Positions 26,428-36,986 of a DNA stretch of 64,000 nt are shown one piece after another. The DNA is taken from positions 32,001 through 96,000 of the IMG/VR virus record IMGVR_UViG_2751185783_000001; one strand, 5' to 3'. The DNA comes from a virus. Taxonomy: Duplodnaviria > Caudoviricetes. Position 1 is the first letter of the stretch. Each line of letters starts with the position of its first letter. The notes under the pieces are model-generated. The model ran no database searches, had not been told where the DNA came from, and saw nothing but the letters and a program-made list of their open reading frames with translations. The translations under genes and the position numbers were made by a program.

Positions 26428-29034
26428 TCAGCTCATCCACGGGCCGATGCCGGTGGTGCCATTCCCGCCGAGGGTGATCCACCGATACTCGTAGTCGACG
26501 CCGGACGCCGGCCCCCAGTCGGCGTGGACGGCTGCGGGTGGGGCGCCGGACAGGATCCGCACGCCCGGGTCGGTGTTGGCTTCGCGGAGGTCCACGTCGT
26601 CGACGTAGAACGCATCGCCCACCGCGGGTGTGCCGGTCAGGCCGATGACCGCCGCGGCCCGTGCCGCCCCGACCACAGACGATGGGTCGCCGGTGTATTC
26701 GACGTACATCCACGCGCCCGCGATGGCATTACTGACGGTGGCGCCTTCCTGCGCGAGGTAGGTGCCGCCAGCGTCGAGCCAGTTGACCTGCACCCGGATC
26801 GCCTTGTTGGACGTGTCCGGGCGGATCCACCCGGACACGGTGATACTGCGTCCGCGGGCGATGGTGTCGGTGATGAGCGGCTGCACCGAGTTGATGACCT
26901 GCGAATCCGCCGCGGCGCCAGTGGGTACGAGCCGTGCGGATCCGGCGCCGGAACGGGCCTGGGCGGTGGAGTAGGACAAGGTGCCGCCCTGGCCGAACCA
27001 GCCGGTCACGTTGCCAGCGAAGCCCGGGTTGGTGAGCAGATTCGCTGTGGTTTTCGGCCGCCGGTAGAGGTCCTGGGTGACGATCGCCGCTTGTGCCCCC
27101 ACCGCGGCTAGCGAGCTCGAGGTGACGGTGATGGTGCCCGCGGCGGTTGACGGTGTGAACGCGGAGATCACCGCTGGTGGTGCGTTGTATTGGACGGTGA
27201 ATGACCTGGTCGTGTCCGCGCTGGGCAGCTGTTCCAGGTTGTACGTGTTGAGGGTGGCCGTCCAGCCGGTGACGTTGCCCAGCCGGTACGGGATCGTGTA
27301 TTCGGTGGCGTCGAAGCCCATCATCGGCCCGGAGTCCCACACGACCAGGCCGCCCGGATTGGTGGCCAGGCGGATCCGGACCCCGGTCTGTTCGGCAACC
27401 GTCCACTGCACGGTGACGGTGTCCGCGGTCAGGACAGCCGCGGCGGCGGGGGAGGTGATGGTCGGGTTGACCTGCACGCTCGGCACGAGGACCAGGGCGG
27501 TGGAGTAGCCGGCCGACGCGGTGCCCGCCGAGTCCCACACTTTGACCCGGTAGGTGTGGTTGGCGTCCGAGCCGGAACCCCACGCGGTGGCGAGGGTGAC
27601 GTTCGGGTTGACGGACGCGTTCTGCACCTCGGACGCCTGCCAGGTGCTGTCGGAGGCCCGCCAGTAGGCGATGGTGCCGGCGCCGATCTGCCGGGACAGG
27701 GCGTATGAGCCCTGCGTCTGACCAGGGTCGGCATCAACGAATGACCACACCAGGGGCAGGGCTGCGTTGACGTTGGCCGGGCCGCCGCTGGTGTACGCCT
27801 GCCCGCCGGTCTGGAACTGGGCGATCGACGGCGGGGTCGCATTACTTTGCGCCGTGTGGGTGATCGTGTACGGGCTTGAGCTGCCGGACACGGTGAACAG
27901 ATCGAAGCGGGCGTTTCCGCCATTGCCGCCTCTGCGCACACCCCATTCGGTGGCGGACGTGACCGCGGTGGCGACGGCGATCGACCAGGATCCCCACGTG
28001 CCGGTGGCCCGCACGTAGTCGACCTGGTAGAGGACGGCGGTGGAGGTGCCGACCGCGTAGATCCGGATGTCTTTGGTGGCCTGGTCGTAGGTGACCGCGC
28101 AGTTACGGATCACGCCGGTCGGATGTACCGGCGAATCGAAGGTGGTGGTGACCGTGTTGGCCTTGTTGCGCTGGTACACGCGCACCACAGTGGTGTCGTC
28201 GGGGGAGGGGACCGCCATCAGCCACTGCTGCCCGTCCCACCGCCCGGCCGTGAAGTCCTGCGACGACGGCAGGGTGGAGCGGATGACTACCGGGTTCGCC
28301 GGGCCTTGCCAGCCGGCGGTGCCGCTCATCCACGCGACTTTGACCATGCGGATTTCGGGGCGGCCCCACGTGACCCACACGTTGGGGGTGCTGGTGGTGT
28401 AGCCGTCGCCGTTGTGTTCGACCTCGATGGAGATCCCGCTGCGGCCTGGGTTGCCTGCGGACGTCCACATGCGGGTGCCGGTGATCAGCCCGTTGTTGAG
28501 GTAGATCTCCCCGGCGTTCTTGCGGATGCTGACGCCGTGTAGGTAGACGCCGTGGGTGGACGCGGTTGTGTCGGTGTACGCGGCGCCGACGATGATGGCG
28601 TACGCGCCGTCGGGATGCCGGTAGACGGCGAGGTCGACGCCTTGGAATCGGGCGCCGGGAATGCCGCCGTTCGCCGGGCTGCCGGACACCTGCAACGGGC
28701 TCGACCAGGACGCGTTGGACAAATTCAAACGCCGATACCAGAGGGTGTCGACCCCGCCGCCGCCGGTCGTGCCGACCCGGTAGGCGAGGTGCAGATATCC
28801 GGCCGTCTCGAAGATCGGCGACGACCACTCCTGCAACCCGGTCACCGTGATCGACGCGTACGACGCCCACGAGCCGCCCTTGTCGACGCTGCGGTAGACG
28901 GTCAGGACCGTCGCCGCGGTACGGACCAGCGTGAAGTAGTGGTCCGTGGTGGCGTTGACGTACCGGCGGGTCATCGTCGGCACCCCGGGCGGGGCCAGAC
29001 AGTCCGCGACGGTCGACGTGCCCACAGCAGCCAC
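26428..29034 (-). CDS. Minor tail / receptor-binding protein with carbohydrate-binding module
   Basis: Asp-box RSVDKGGSW, Ig/FN3-like segments, CBM-like NLLTNPGF...FYVDDV. Confidence 0.7.
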   Translation of the reverse strand: MAAVGTSTVADCLAPPGVPTMTRRYVNATTDHYFTLVRTAATVLTVYRSVDKGGSWASYASITVTGLQEWSSPIFETAGYLHLAYRVGTTGGGGVDTLWYRRLNLSNASWSSPLQVSGSPANGGIPGARFQGVDLAVYRHPDGAYAIIVGAAYTDTTASTHGVYLHGVSIRKNAGEIYLNNGLITGTRMWTSAGNPGRSGISIEVEHNGDGYTTSTPNVWVTWGRPEIRMVKVAWMSGTAGWQGPANPVVIRSTLPSSQDFTAGRWDGQQWLMAVPSPDDTTVVRVYQRNKANTVTTTFDSPVHPTGVIRNCAVTYDQATKDIRIYAVGTSTAVLYQVDYVRATGTWGSWSIAVATAVTSATEWGVRRGGNGGNARFDLFTVSGSSSPYTITHTAQSNATPPSIAQFQTGGQAYTSGGPANVNAALPLVWSFVDADPGQTQGSYALSRQIGAGTIAYWRASDSTWQASEVQNASVNPNVTLATAWGSGSDANHTYRVKVWDSAGTASAGYSTALVLVPSVQVNPTITSPAAAAVLTADTVTVQWTVAEQTGVRIRLATNPGGLVVWDSGPMMGFDATEYTIPYRLGNVTGWTATLNTYNLEQLPSADTTRSFTVQYNAPPAVISAFTPSTAAGTITVTSSSLAAVGAQAAIVTQDLYRRPKTTANLLTNPGFAGNVTGWFGQGGTLSYSTAQARSGAGSARLVPTGAAADSQVINSVQPLITDTIARGRSITVSGWIRPDTSNKAIRVQVNWLDAGGTYLAQEGATVSNAIAGAWMYVEYTGDPSSVVGAARAAAVIGLTGTPAVGDAFYVDDVDLREANTDPGVRILSGAPPAAVHADWGPASGVDYEYRWITLGGNGTTGIGPWMS

Positions 29035-29047
29035 AGCGCGCCTCCTT

Positions 29048-29746
29048 CTACAGGACGGGTTGGTTGGCGCGCACGCCCTCGTCGATCTCCACCTGGAACC
29101 AGGCGTTGTGGTCGGCGGTGATCGACCCGGTGCCGGAGATGCGCCGCCACCGCAGTGTCGCCGTGTACGTCCCCGCCGGGACGTTGATCAGCCGTCGGGC
29201 CCCAGAACCGGCCCCGTACACGCTGGCCTGCGAGAAGTAAATGAACCCGACCGGCACGTCCGTCGGCGTGTACCCGGCGCCGCCCGCTGTCGGGGTGAGC
29301 CGGACCGCCCACCCGGCGCGGGTGAACGTGCCCGAACTCATGGCCATGAACGTGGCCGACAGGCGCACATATGTGCCGTCGTACATTTTCGAGAAGGAGA
29401 AGGACCCGAACTCGGTGAGATCCACGAACGTTGCGGACGTCATGCCCGCGGTCGTCCCGCTGAGGCCCTCAACAACCCGGGACGCCTCGCCGAAACCGGG
29501 CCCGGCGAACGCCCCGGTGACCACCCAGTCTTTGCCGTATTTGTCGAGCGTGACCCGGTGGCCCTGCCGCGCGAACACGCTGCCGAGGATCTTCACCGGC
29601 ATTGCCGTGGCGGCCCCATCGAACAACACGGTCGCGCCCGGTCCGCTGGTGTCGACGTCCACGACGGTGCCGGTTGCCCGGGTGGTCTGGCCGGCGAGGC
29701 TGATGCGCTGATCGACGATGGTGATGAGGTCTTCGGAATACGCCAC
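29048..29746 (-). CDS. Minor tail protein
   Basis: N-terminal OB-like TGTVVDV...ATVLFDG; tail position. Confidence 0.65.
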   Translation of the reverse strand: MAYSEDLITIVDQRISLAGQTTRATGTVVDVDTSGPGATVLFDGAATAMPVKILGSVFARQGHRVTLDKYGKDWVVTGAFAGPGFGEASRVVEGLSGTTAGMTSATFVDLTEFGSFSFSKMYDGTYVRLSATFMAMSSGTFTRAGWAVRLTPTAGGAGYTPTDVPVGFIYFSQASVYGAGSGARRLINVPAGTYTATLRWRRISGTGSITADHNAWFQVEIDEGVRANQPVL

Positions 29747-29759
29747 CAGCAGCCCCCTT

Positions 29760-30893
29760 CTACCGGGCGATGACCCGCCATTCCTGCGTCATCTCGCCCG
29801 CGTCCGGGGGGAGTGGCAACGTCCATGAAGTGACCTGCGCGTCGGCGAGCAGGTCGGCGGTGGCCACGTAGATGCGGTCGTAGTGCCAGTGCAGCGGGTT
29901 GGGGGCACTGGTGACGGTGACGACGGTGGGGATGTCCATGTCCGCTTGGATGATCTGCTGGGCTTGCACGATCAGGGACGCTTGGTCGGCGGTGTCGACC
30001 CCGACGACCTTAGGGATGACCAGGCCGCCGCGGGCGTCCACCGACGTTTCGCCCACACTCTGGTTGACCCAGGTCCACATGCCGTCGCCGTCGACCGGTG
30101 CCGCCGCGTCGATGTTGTTCGACCTGTACACGACCCACTTGTTGGGGGCGGCGAAGTAGTCGTGGACGACCTGCCTGTCCACGCCCAGCATCGTCGTGGC
30201 CTGGTCGTCGGTGTACGTCCACTCCGCGGCCCGTTCGGCGGGCAGCTGATACGGGTGGCAGCGCAGCCGGCCGTCCCAGTCGGCCCAGATCCCGGCGTAG
30301 CCGATGGACGCGAGCAGGTCGTTGACGATGGACAGCCAGGTGACGGTGTCTTCCATCGCCCACACCCGCGACGTCGGTGCGACCGTCGAGGCGGAGGTCG
30401 GGTCGATGATGTACTGGGTTAAGCCGTGCGCGAGGAGGATCTGCTCGACGACCTCGAGGTAGGAGGCGCCTGCGGCGATCGCGTAGGTGTCGCCGACGGG
30501 CTGTTGAAGCCGCAACAGCAGGTCGTAGCCTTCGATTTCAAACATGGGTGGGCTTTCCGCCGTGGAGTAGGCGGGCACCGACGTGTGGTAGACGCCCAGG
30601 TTGAACCGGGCGGTTACCGTCCCGTCCGCTAGGACGATGTAGGGGCGGACCAGTCCGGCACCCCAGTCCAGCTCCCGTGACACCTTCAGGCTGGCGGCGC
30701 CGTGCAGGTCGGCGTAGCTGTTGCGGCTGACCTGGCCGCCGGCCAGGTGGTCGGAGATGTCCTCGATCACGTTCAGGGCCAGGTCGATGATTTCGAGGCC
30801 GCCGGAGACGGTGAGCGCCTCCGACTCCTGGAGCAGCGTCCTGACCTGCGCGGTGGCCAGAGCGGCGCGGGGGCCGTCGGTGGGCGGCTGCAC
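29760..30893 (-). CDS. Minor tail (hub-like) protein
   Basis: FNLGVY, WLSIVNDLLASIGY..IWADWDG, PNKWV; GTG at 30893. Confidence 0.7.
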   Translation of the reverse strand: MQPPTDGPRAALATAQVRTLLQESEALTVSGGLEIIDLALNVIEDISDHLAGGQVSRNSYADLHGAASLKVSRELDWGAGLVRPYIVLADGTVTARFNLGVYHTSVPAYSTAESPPMFEIEGYDLLLRLQQPVGDTYAIAAGASYLEVVEQILLAHGLTQYIIDPTSASTVAPTSRVWAMEDTVTWLSIVNDLLASIGYAGIWADWDGRLRCHPYQLPAERAAEWTYTDDQATTMLGVDRQVVHDYFAAPNKWVVYRSNNIDAAAPVDGDGMWTWVNQSVGETSVDARGGLVIPKVVGVDTADQASLIVQAQQIIQADMDIPTVVTVTSAPNPLHWHYDRIYVATADLLADAQVTSWTLPLPPDAGEMTQEWRVIAR

Positions 30894-30907
30894 AGGATCA
30901 CCCCCGT

Positions 30908-31282
30908 TCAGACGCCTTCGACGGTGGTCGTCACATGCAGGGTGACCTGCGCCGAGTACATGGTGGCCGGCATGTACTCGCCTACCGTCACGTCGAAGAA
31001 CACGCCAAACCACTTGTTACCGCGGTGGTCGCGGAGTTGGACGTGGGCGCCGAGCCACGATTTCAGCGTGTCTACCTGTGCCGCCGTCAGCATGACGAAC
31101 GTGCGGGCCACTTCCGCCTTGGTGCCGACGGTGGTGATGGCCCGCCGCCGCCCGGACGCGTAGGTGCGGACCTCACCGTCGATGCCGTAGCCGGTGGTGC
31201 GGTCCCGGGCCGACGGGCCGGAGATGGCTTCTCCGGTGTCGACCCGGTTCAACCACAAAGCGTTGAGCACGACGGACGCCAC
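30908..31282 (-). CDS. Distal-tail-like protein
   Basis: First gene after the tape measure; LRDHRGNKWFG. Confidence 0.6.
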   Translation of the reverse strand: MASVVLNALWLNRVDTGEAISGPSARDRTTGYGIDGEVRTYASGRRRAITTVGTKAEVARTFVMLTAAQVDTLKSWLGAHVQLRDHRGNKWFGVFFDVTVGEYMPATMYSAQVTLHVTTTVEGV

Positions 31283-31286
31283 CGCA

Positions 31287-34200
31287 TCACCCCCGCGCCA
31301 TCACCGGTGTCGACCGGGCCGACTGGACCGTGCGGCGGGTGCCCGACAGCATTGCCGCCGCCACGCCGGGCGCCACGTCTCCGATGGCGGAGATGAGCTT
31401 TTCGAGGCGGTCGATGACCTGTTCCATCGTCGGCGCCGGGGTGACGGTTTCGTTGCGGCCGGTCCCGTTGTAGATGGGCGGGGACCAGCCGGGTTGCAGC
31501 CAGCCGCCGGTGTCCATGACGGGGAACTGTGACTGGCCCTTGCCGAATTTCGGCAGGATCGCGCCGAGGCGGGCCGCCCAGTGGTCGTGGGCGTTGCCGC
31601 CCGAAAAATTGTGCTGGTTCCACACTGCCCCGGTGTAGGTGTGCTTCCTGCCGTTGTGCAGGTTGTACTGCTGATACGGGGTGATCAGCTCCTTGGTGAT
31701 GTTGCGGTAGTGGTCGTAGATGTACTTCGCCACGCTCTTGTCCGGCGGCACATCCACGGCCCGGTCTGTGCCGTGATACGACGGGTTGCCGGACAGGGTG
31801 CGGGCGCCCGGCCGGAACCCGGAGATCAGCCGCAGCCCGGGGAACTGCGCGCGCAAGGCCCGCATCATTCCCGCGCTGCCGCCGAACGGCGACGACCCGT
31901 TACCGGGGCCGGACGTGCCCGATGATCCCGGCGCGGCTACGAATCCGGTCACCTTGTCGACCGCGGCGTCCAGGAGCTTGCCCGGGACGGCGGTGACGAG
32001 TTTGCCCCACGGCAAGTCCTTGCCGGGCACCAGGTTGGTGAGGTTCCCGACGAGGGTTTTGATACCGCCGGCGGGGTCAGCCAGCAGACCCTTCGCCCCC
32101 GTGAGGACGTCCGATGCCTTGCCTCTGATCTTCTTCCACAGGTCCCCCAGGCCGTCACCGCTGCCGATGATGCCGCCCGACTTGAACTGGCCAGACATGG
32201 CCCGGCGTACGGCAGGGACGCCGCCAGTACGGGCGGCCTGATTCATCGTGTTGACCCAGTCGGTGCCAACCGCACGCCCAAACTCGGGCCGCATGACCGG
32301 CTCGCCGCCGGACAAGTCGAGGGTGCCGCCGGTCGGCGAGTAGAACCGGTGGACGTCACGGCCCGGGGTGTAGCCGGGCAGAACACCGCCCTTCGCGAAG
32401 CCCTTTGGCAGGGAAATCTTGGCGGCTTCCTTGACCCCGAAGAACTTCGCGATCTTGTTGTAGCCGCCGATCAGTCCGCCGTTCAACACGGTGTTGACCA
32501 CAAAACGGACTGGCTCTTTCGCCACGTCGGTCAACTTCGACCACGCCGTTTTGATCGCCCCGACGCCGGTGGTGAAAGCGTTCGGGATTGTCTTCGTGAC
32601 GAATGTCTGGATCGGGGTGAACACGTTGTTCTTGATGGCCGTCCACACGTCACCCAGGCCGGTACGGATCGCCCCGAATGCCGTGGTCACCTTCGTCTTC
32701 GCGGTGGCGAACGCGTTTGGGATCGTCTCCATCACAAACGTGCGCATCGGCGTGAACACATTCGTTTTGATCGACGTCCACGCCGACGACAGGCTGTTAC
32801 GGATCTCCGTCCAGCGCGCGGACGCCTTCTCCTTGAGCTGCTGGAAGCCGTTCGGGATGGTTACCGTGACGAAGGTCTTCAGCGGGTTGAACACCTGCTG
32901 GACGAGTTGGTTCCAGGCGCCGGTGATGGCCTTGCCCGCGGCGTCGAAGAACCCGCCGATTTTCTTCGCCCAGCTGATCGCGGTGAGGATCCAGCCCTGG
33001 ATGAGGGTGACCCACTTCTCCGCGTCGGTGATCAGTTTGCCCATGGCGGGCAGCCACACATTGACCAGCTTGCCGATGAATTCGCTGGCCATCGCCACCC
33101 ACAGGCGGATCTTGTTCTGGTTCTCGGGGTCGCGCAGCCAACCCAAAACCCGGGTGAGGACGCCTTCGACGCCGCCGAGGAACGACCCGGAGGCTTCCTT
33201 CGACTGCGGGAACAGGATCGCGATGATCTCGCCGAAGATGCGGAAGACCAGCCCGCCGATCCGGAAGATCTGATCCAGCGTCTTCGCGGCCCCGGCCATG
33301 AACGAGTCGAGCTTGCCGGACTCGTCCGCGCTCTTCATCCACGCGCCGAACTTGGTGAAGATCCCGCCGATCAGATCGCCGATGACCTGAAGGACAGGCT
33401 TCGCGCTGTCGCCCAGCCGGGCCAGCCCGTCGAACAGGCCCGGCAACCCGGCACCGATCCGGGACATCATCTCGCCGAACCCGTCGACTGCGCCCTTCAC
33501 GTTCTTGATGAATCCGGCCTCGCCGAACTTCTTGAATAGGCCGTCGCCGATGATGTTCAGCCGGTCCGCGAGCCCACCCAACGACTCCTTCAGGTGCGGA
33601 ATCCACGTGTCCGCAAGCTTCTGCACCTGCCCGGACACGCCATCGAGGAGCCGGTCCTGCACGAATTTGCGCAGCTCCCCGAACGGCTCCCGCAAACCGA
33701 ACAGAGTCTTCACCAGGTCGCGGGCGTTCGGGCTCAGCTCCGCCATCTGCTGGTTGAGTTTCTCCAGCGCGGACCCGCCGGCGAGCCCGGCCTGAGTGGA
33801 CGCCTGCCCCAGTGCCCGCTGCGCCGCCGTCACCGCCTGCGACGCCTGCGCCAGCTGGTAGGCACCCTGACGCTGCTGGTTCTGCCTCGAACGGCGCGCC
33901 TCATCCAGCGCACGCTCAGCCGCCTCGACTTTCTGCGCCCCGGCGACCCGGGCATCCTCCGCGGCCTGCTGCGCCTTACGGACCTCCGCCTCAGCGGCTG
34001 CCACACCGCGGCGGGCATCCGCCACACCCTTGTCGGCCTGCGCGATGCGTTCCCGTGCCCGCGTGACCTCGTCGGACCCCTCGACGCCCTTCTTGACGGC
34101 GTCCTGCTGTTCCGCCGCGAGGCGTTTGCCGCGGACGGCGAGGTCGTTGAGTTGGGCGACCTGCCGTTCGTAGGTGAGTTGCGCTTGGGCCTTCTGCTCG

Positions 34201-35729
34201 GCGGTGGCCTTCGGATCCGCGAGGACCTTGTTCAGGGCCTTCTGCGCCTCGGCCACATCCAGTTGGGCCTGCCGCTGGTCCAAGCCGTTGTTTTTGACCG
34301 CGCTGGCGAGGTCTTCGAGGTTACGTCGCGCGTCCTCCTGCGCCTCGGTCAGATCGCGGCGAACCTGCAACGCCGCCCGCTCGGCATCCGTCAACGCCAG
34401 CTGGGCGTCACGGACCCGTTGCCCGGCGGCGACGATCTGTTCCTGCGCGGCTTTGGCTTGGCGGGCAGCTTCTTGCCGGGCCTGACCGACCGCCCGTTCG
34501 GCGTCGGCGATCTGCTGCGCGGCACGACGGGACGCCTCCGCCAGGGTGGCGCGGGTGTTGGCCTGCGCCGCGAGCGCCGACTTCACCTGATCACTGGCGT
34601 TCGCGACCGCGTTCTGAGCGCCGGCGAACGACGCCGACGACTTCGCCGCCTCGTCCTGCGCCGCGACCATCGCCGAGAAAGCGCCGCCGACCCCGCCCAA
34701 CCCCAGCTTGAGAGTGAGCGCGCCAGCCGCCAGCCCGAACAGTGCCCCGGACGCGGCACCCAGCAGGCCGCCGACCGTGGCGACCACCGGGGCCAGCGCC
34801 AGAAACGCCACACCCAAACCGACTGTCGCCGCAGCACCGGCCAGCAACGCCGTGACAACCGCGCCGATGGCCAGATTCAGGCCGCCCGTCGCCGCGGTCA
34901 GCGCGGCACCCGACGCCGCGGCCCCCACCATCGCCGTGCTGATCTGCCCGCCCGCCTGCACCGCGGACTGGCCCAATGTCGAGAAGAACGTGCCGGCGAT
35001 CCCGGACACGCCGGAGAACGCCTGCCCGAGCAGCCCGGCGACCGTGCCCGCAAGGGAGGTGACGCCCTGCTGCGCCCGGCCGGTGTCGACGTCCACATCG
35101 ACGTCGACGTCCCTGCCGTCGAGCTTGTCGACCTGAGCGGTCAGGGCGGCCAGCTTCGCCACCGCAGCGGCAACATCGGCCTTGACCTGCACGCTCGGCG
35201 ACTGCGCCGCGAGAGCCTGCAACTGCTGCTCCAGGTAGCGGACCTCGGCGACCGCCCGCCCGGCGTCCAGGTCCACGCCGATCGTCTTCGACGCGAGCGC
35301 CCCCAGCTGGGCGGACAGGTCCCGCAGCTGCTGCTCGGCCTTGTCTTTCGCCACCCCGACGGTGATCGGCGGCAGGGCCTTGGCGGCCTGCGTCAGCTGC
35401 TTTTTGAAACCGTCGGCGAACGACCCGCCGGACTCCTCACCGGACTTGCGGGTGCGGGTCTTGTCCGGGCCGACCGGCGCGTCCTTCGTCTTCTCACGCG
35501 CCCGGTCGGTGAAGCCCTTCGCGAACTCGTCGGCGACGGCCTTACCGATGTCGGCGCCGGACGCGGCCATGACCTTCGTCAGAGACTCGGCGAGGGACTT
35601 GCCCAGAGTCCGGCCTGCGGTCTTGCCGGCCTTGTCGAGGTCCCCGTCGAGAGCCCGTTCGGTGTCCTGCCGGAACGACGACGTGTCCGGCCGGATGCGC
35701 ACGAAGGCGGTAGCGAGCGGGGTACCCAC
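31287..35729 (-). CDS. Tape measure protein with C-terminal peptidase-like domain
   Basis: 1480 aa; LATAFVRIRPD start; coiled coils; aromatic periodic repeats; FAKGGV; SGFRPG..SYH...AVDV..HDH. Confidence 0.92.
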   Translation of the reverse strand: MGTPLATAFVRIRPDTSSFRQDTERALDGDLDKAGKTAGRTLGKSLAESLTKVMAASGADIGKAVADEFAKGFTDRAREKTKDAPVGPDKTRTRKSGEESGGSFADGFKKQLTQAAKALPPITVGVAKDKAEQQLRDLSAQLGALASKTIGVDLDAGRAVAEVRYLEQQLQALAAQSPSVQVKADVAAAVAKLAALTAQVDKLDGRDVDVDVDVDTGRAQQGVTSLAGTVAGLLGQAFSGVSGIAGTFFSTLGQSAVQAGGQISTAMVGAAASGAALTAATGGLNLAIGAVVTALLAGAAATVGLGVAFLALAPVVATVGGLLGAASGALFGLAAGALTLKLGLGGVGGAFSAMVAAQDEAAKSSASFAGAQNAVANASDQVKSALAAQANTRATLAEASRRAAQQIADAERAVGQARQEAARQAKAAQEQIVAAGQRVRDAQLALTDAERAALQVRRDLTEAQEDARRNLEDLASAVKNNGLDQRQAQLDVAEAQKALNKVLADPKATAEQKAQAQLTYERQVAQLNDLAVRGKRLAAEQQDAVKKGVEGSDEVTRARERIAQADKGVADARRGVAAAEAEVRKAQQAAEDARVAGAQKVEAAERALDEARRSRQNQQRQGAYQLAQASQAVTAAQRALGQASTQAGLAGGSALEKLNQQMAELSPNARDLVKTLFGLREPFGELRKFVQDRLLDGVSGQVQKLADTWIPHLKESLGGLADRLNIIGDGLFKKFGEAGFIKNVKGAVDGFGEMMSRIGAGLPGLFDGLARLGDSAKPVLQVIGDLIGGIFTKFGAWMKSADESGKLDSFMAGAAKTLDQIFRIGGLVFRIFGEIIAILFPQSKEASGSFLGGVEGVLTRVLGWLRDPENQNKIRLWVAMASEFIGKLVNVWLPAMGKLITDAEKWVTLIQGWILTAISWAKKIGGFFDAAGKAITGAWNQLVQQVFNPLKTFVTVTIPNGFQQLKEKASARWTEIRNSLSSAWTSIKTNVFTPMRTFVMETIPNAFATAKTKVTTAFGAIRTGLGDVWTAIKNNVFTPIQTFVTKTIPNAFTTGVGAIKTAWSKLTDVAKEPVRFVVNTVLNGGLIGGYNKIAKFFGVKEAAKISLPKGFAKGGVLPGYTPGRDVHRFYSPTGGTLDLSGGEPVMRPEFGRAVGTDWVNTMNQAARTGGVPAVRRAMSGQFKSGGIIGSGDGLGDLWKKIRGKASDVLTGAKGLLADPAGGIKTLVGNLTNLVPGKDLPWGKLVTAVPGKLLDAAVDKVTGFVAAPGSSGTSGPGNGSSPFGGSAGMMRALRAQFPGLRLISGFRPGARTLSGNPSYHGTDRAVDVPPDKSVAKYIYDHYRNITKELITPYQQYNLHNGRKHTYTGAVWNQHNFSGGNAHDHWAARLGAILPKFGKGQSQFPVMDTGGWLQPGWSPPIYNGTGRNETVTPAPTMEQVIDRLEKLISAIGDVAPGVAAAMLSGTRRTVQSARSTPVMARG

Positions 35730-35750
35730 GGCACCCCCTCGACGGCTCTC

Positions 35751-36088
35751 TCAGGAGGGAAGGGTGCGGGAGAATTCGCGGGTCAACGCATCGTCGAGCC
35801 GGTCAGCGTGCAACGGCGCGTACAGGTCGTCGTCGAACTGCCGCATGATCCGGGCCCGGTCCTTGCCGTCCGCCATGACGAGGGCGTCCAGCAGCTGCCG
35901 CTTCAGGTAGGTGTAGACCAGGTTGCACAGCCGGCGCGGTGTCAGGCCGTCAAGCGGGCCCGCATCTGTTCCGCCGTCTCCAGGCTCTCCCCGTACCCCT
36001 GCACCAGACGCAAGGTCGAGGACCCCTTCGAGTTCGCCGATGTTGCGGGCGGCCCAGCCGAGGAGACGGCGGGCCGCCGGGTAGGGCG
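35751..36088 (-). CDS. Tail assembly chaperone, -1 frameshift extension
   Basis: Open -1 frame PYPAARRLLGWA... from CGCCCTAC (36081-36088) up to just before the tape measure gene. Confidence 0.6.
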
Positions 36089-36412
36089 GGCGGTCACCAA
36101 CTCGATGGCCTGCCCCACCACGGCCAGCAGGTCGTCCTCGTCGGCGGCGGTCTCGTCGGCGTGGTCGCCGAACCGTTCCCAGTCCTCCTCGACGATGCAC
36201 GCCCTGAGGAGCTTGTACATGGCGGCCAGGGTTTTCATGCCGCCGGTTTCCTCGCCGGAGTCGGCCATCGCCGCGAACCGCAGCAACGCCATCTTGCCGA
36301 TCTTGTCGCGGAGTTTGAAGTGTTCACCCATGAACTCGATGCGCAGGTCGTCGACGAGTTCGATACCTTCGGCGCGGGCCTGGAGTTCGTGGACGTCGAG
36401 GACATCAGCCAC
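35942..36412 (-). CDS. Tail assembly chaperone
   Basis: Between major tail and tape measure genes; ARPTRRPAVSSAG motif; GTG at 36412. Confidence 0.75.
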   Translation of the reverse strand: MADVLDVHELQARAEGIELVDDLRIEFMGEHFKLRDKIGKMALLRFAAMADSGEETGGMKTLAAMYKLLRACIVEEDWERFGDHADETAADEDDLLAVVGQAIELVTARPTRRPAVSSAGPPATSANSKGSSTLRLVQGYGESLETAEQMRARLTA

Positions 36413-36986
36413 GGATCGTCCCGGCGGTGTCGTACAGATAGGGGTCACCGTTCGCGTCCGGCTCGAACTTGAAGTTGACGGGCAGGCCCGCATTGTCGGC
36501 GCCCTTACGGCGGCTGATGGAGATCGAACCGACCTGGAAGGCCTGCTGCGCGACGATCCGCTCGGTGGAGTCGCTGGACTCCCAGCCGATCATGCAGCGG
36601 ATTTCCTGCCCGAGTGCCGGCAGTTTGTACGTGGTCCTCAGTGTCGCCCCCGAGCCGGAGGTGGTGAGGGTGCCGCCGTTGAAGACCCTGCGCATGTTCG
36701 TGGCGTGGATCTGCATCATCTCGAATTCCATGCCGACCGTGCGGCCGGTGGTGACGTTGGCGATGGCTTCCAGGTATTCGGCGGCCTCCACCTCCTCCGA
36801 GTCGAGTTCCACGGAGAAGTCGTGGCCCTCCCTCGTCACGCCGAGGAGGTTCCAGCCGACCGGCCATGCGTCGGTGAACACCGACCCGGCCACCGTGTAC
36901 GAGGGGAGGCTGGTGCCGAGGTTGGCGTACAGCAGCCATCCGGCGCCGAACGACAGGGCGTTCTTCGGCGCGACCATACTGGGCAT
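36405..36986 (-). CDS. Major tail protein
   Basis: GAGWLLYA...WNLLGVTREG; position; AAAGGA RBS. Confidence 0.8.
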   Translation of the reverse strand: MPSMVAPKNALSFGAGWLLYANLGTSLPSYTVAGSVFTDAWPVGWNLLGVTREGHDFSVELDSEEVEAAEYLEAIANVTTGRTVGMEFEMMQIHATNMRRVFNGGTLTTSGSGATLRTTYKLPALGQEIRCMIGWESSDSTERIVAQQAFQVGSISISRRKGADNAGLPVNFKFEPDANGDPYLYDTAGTIRG

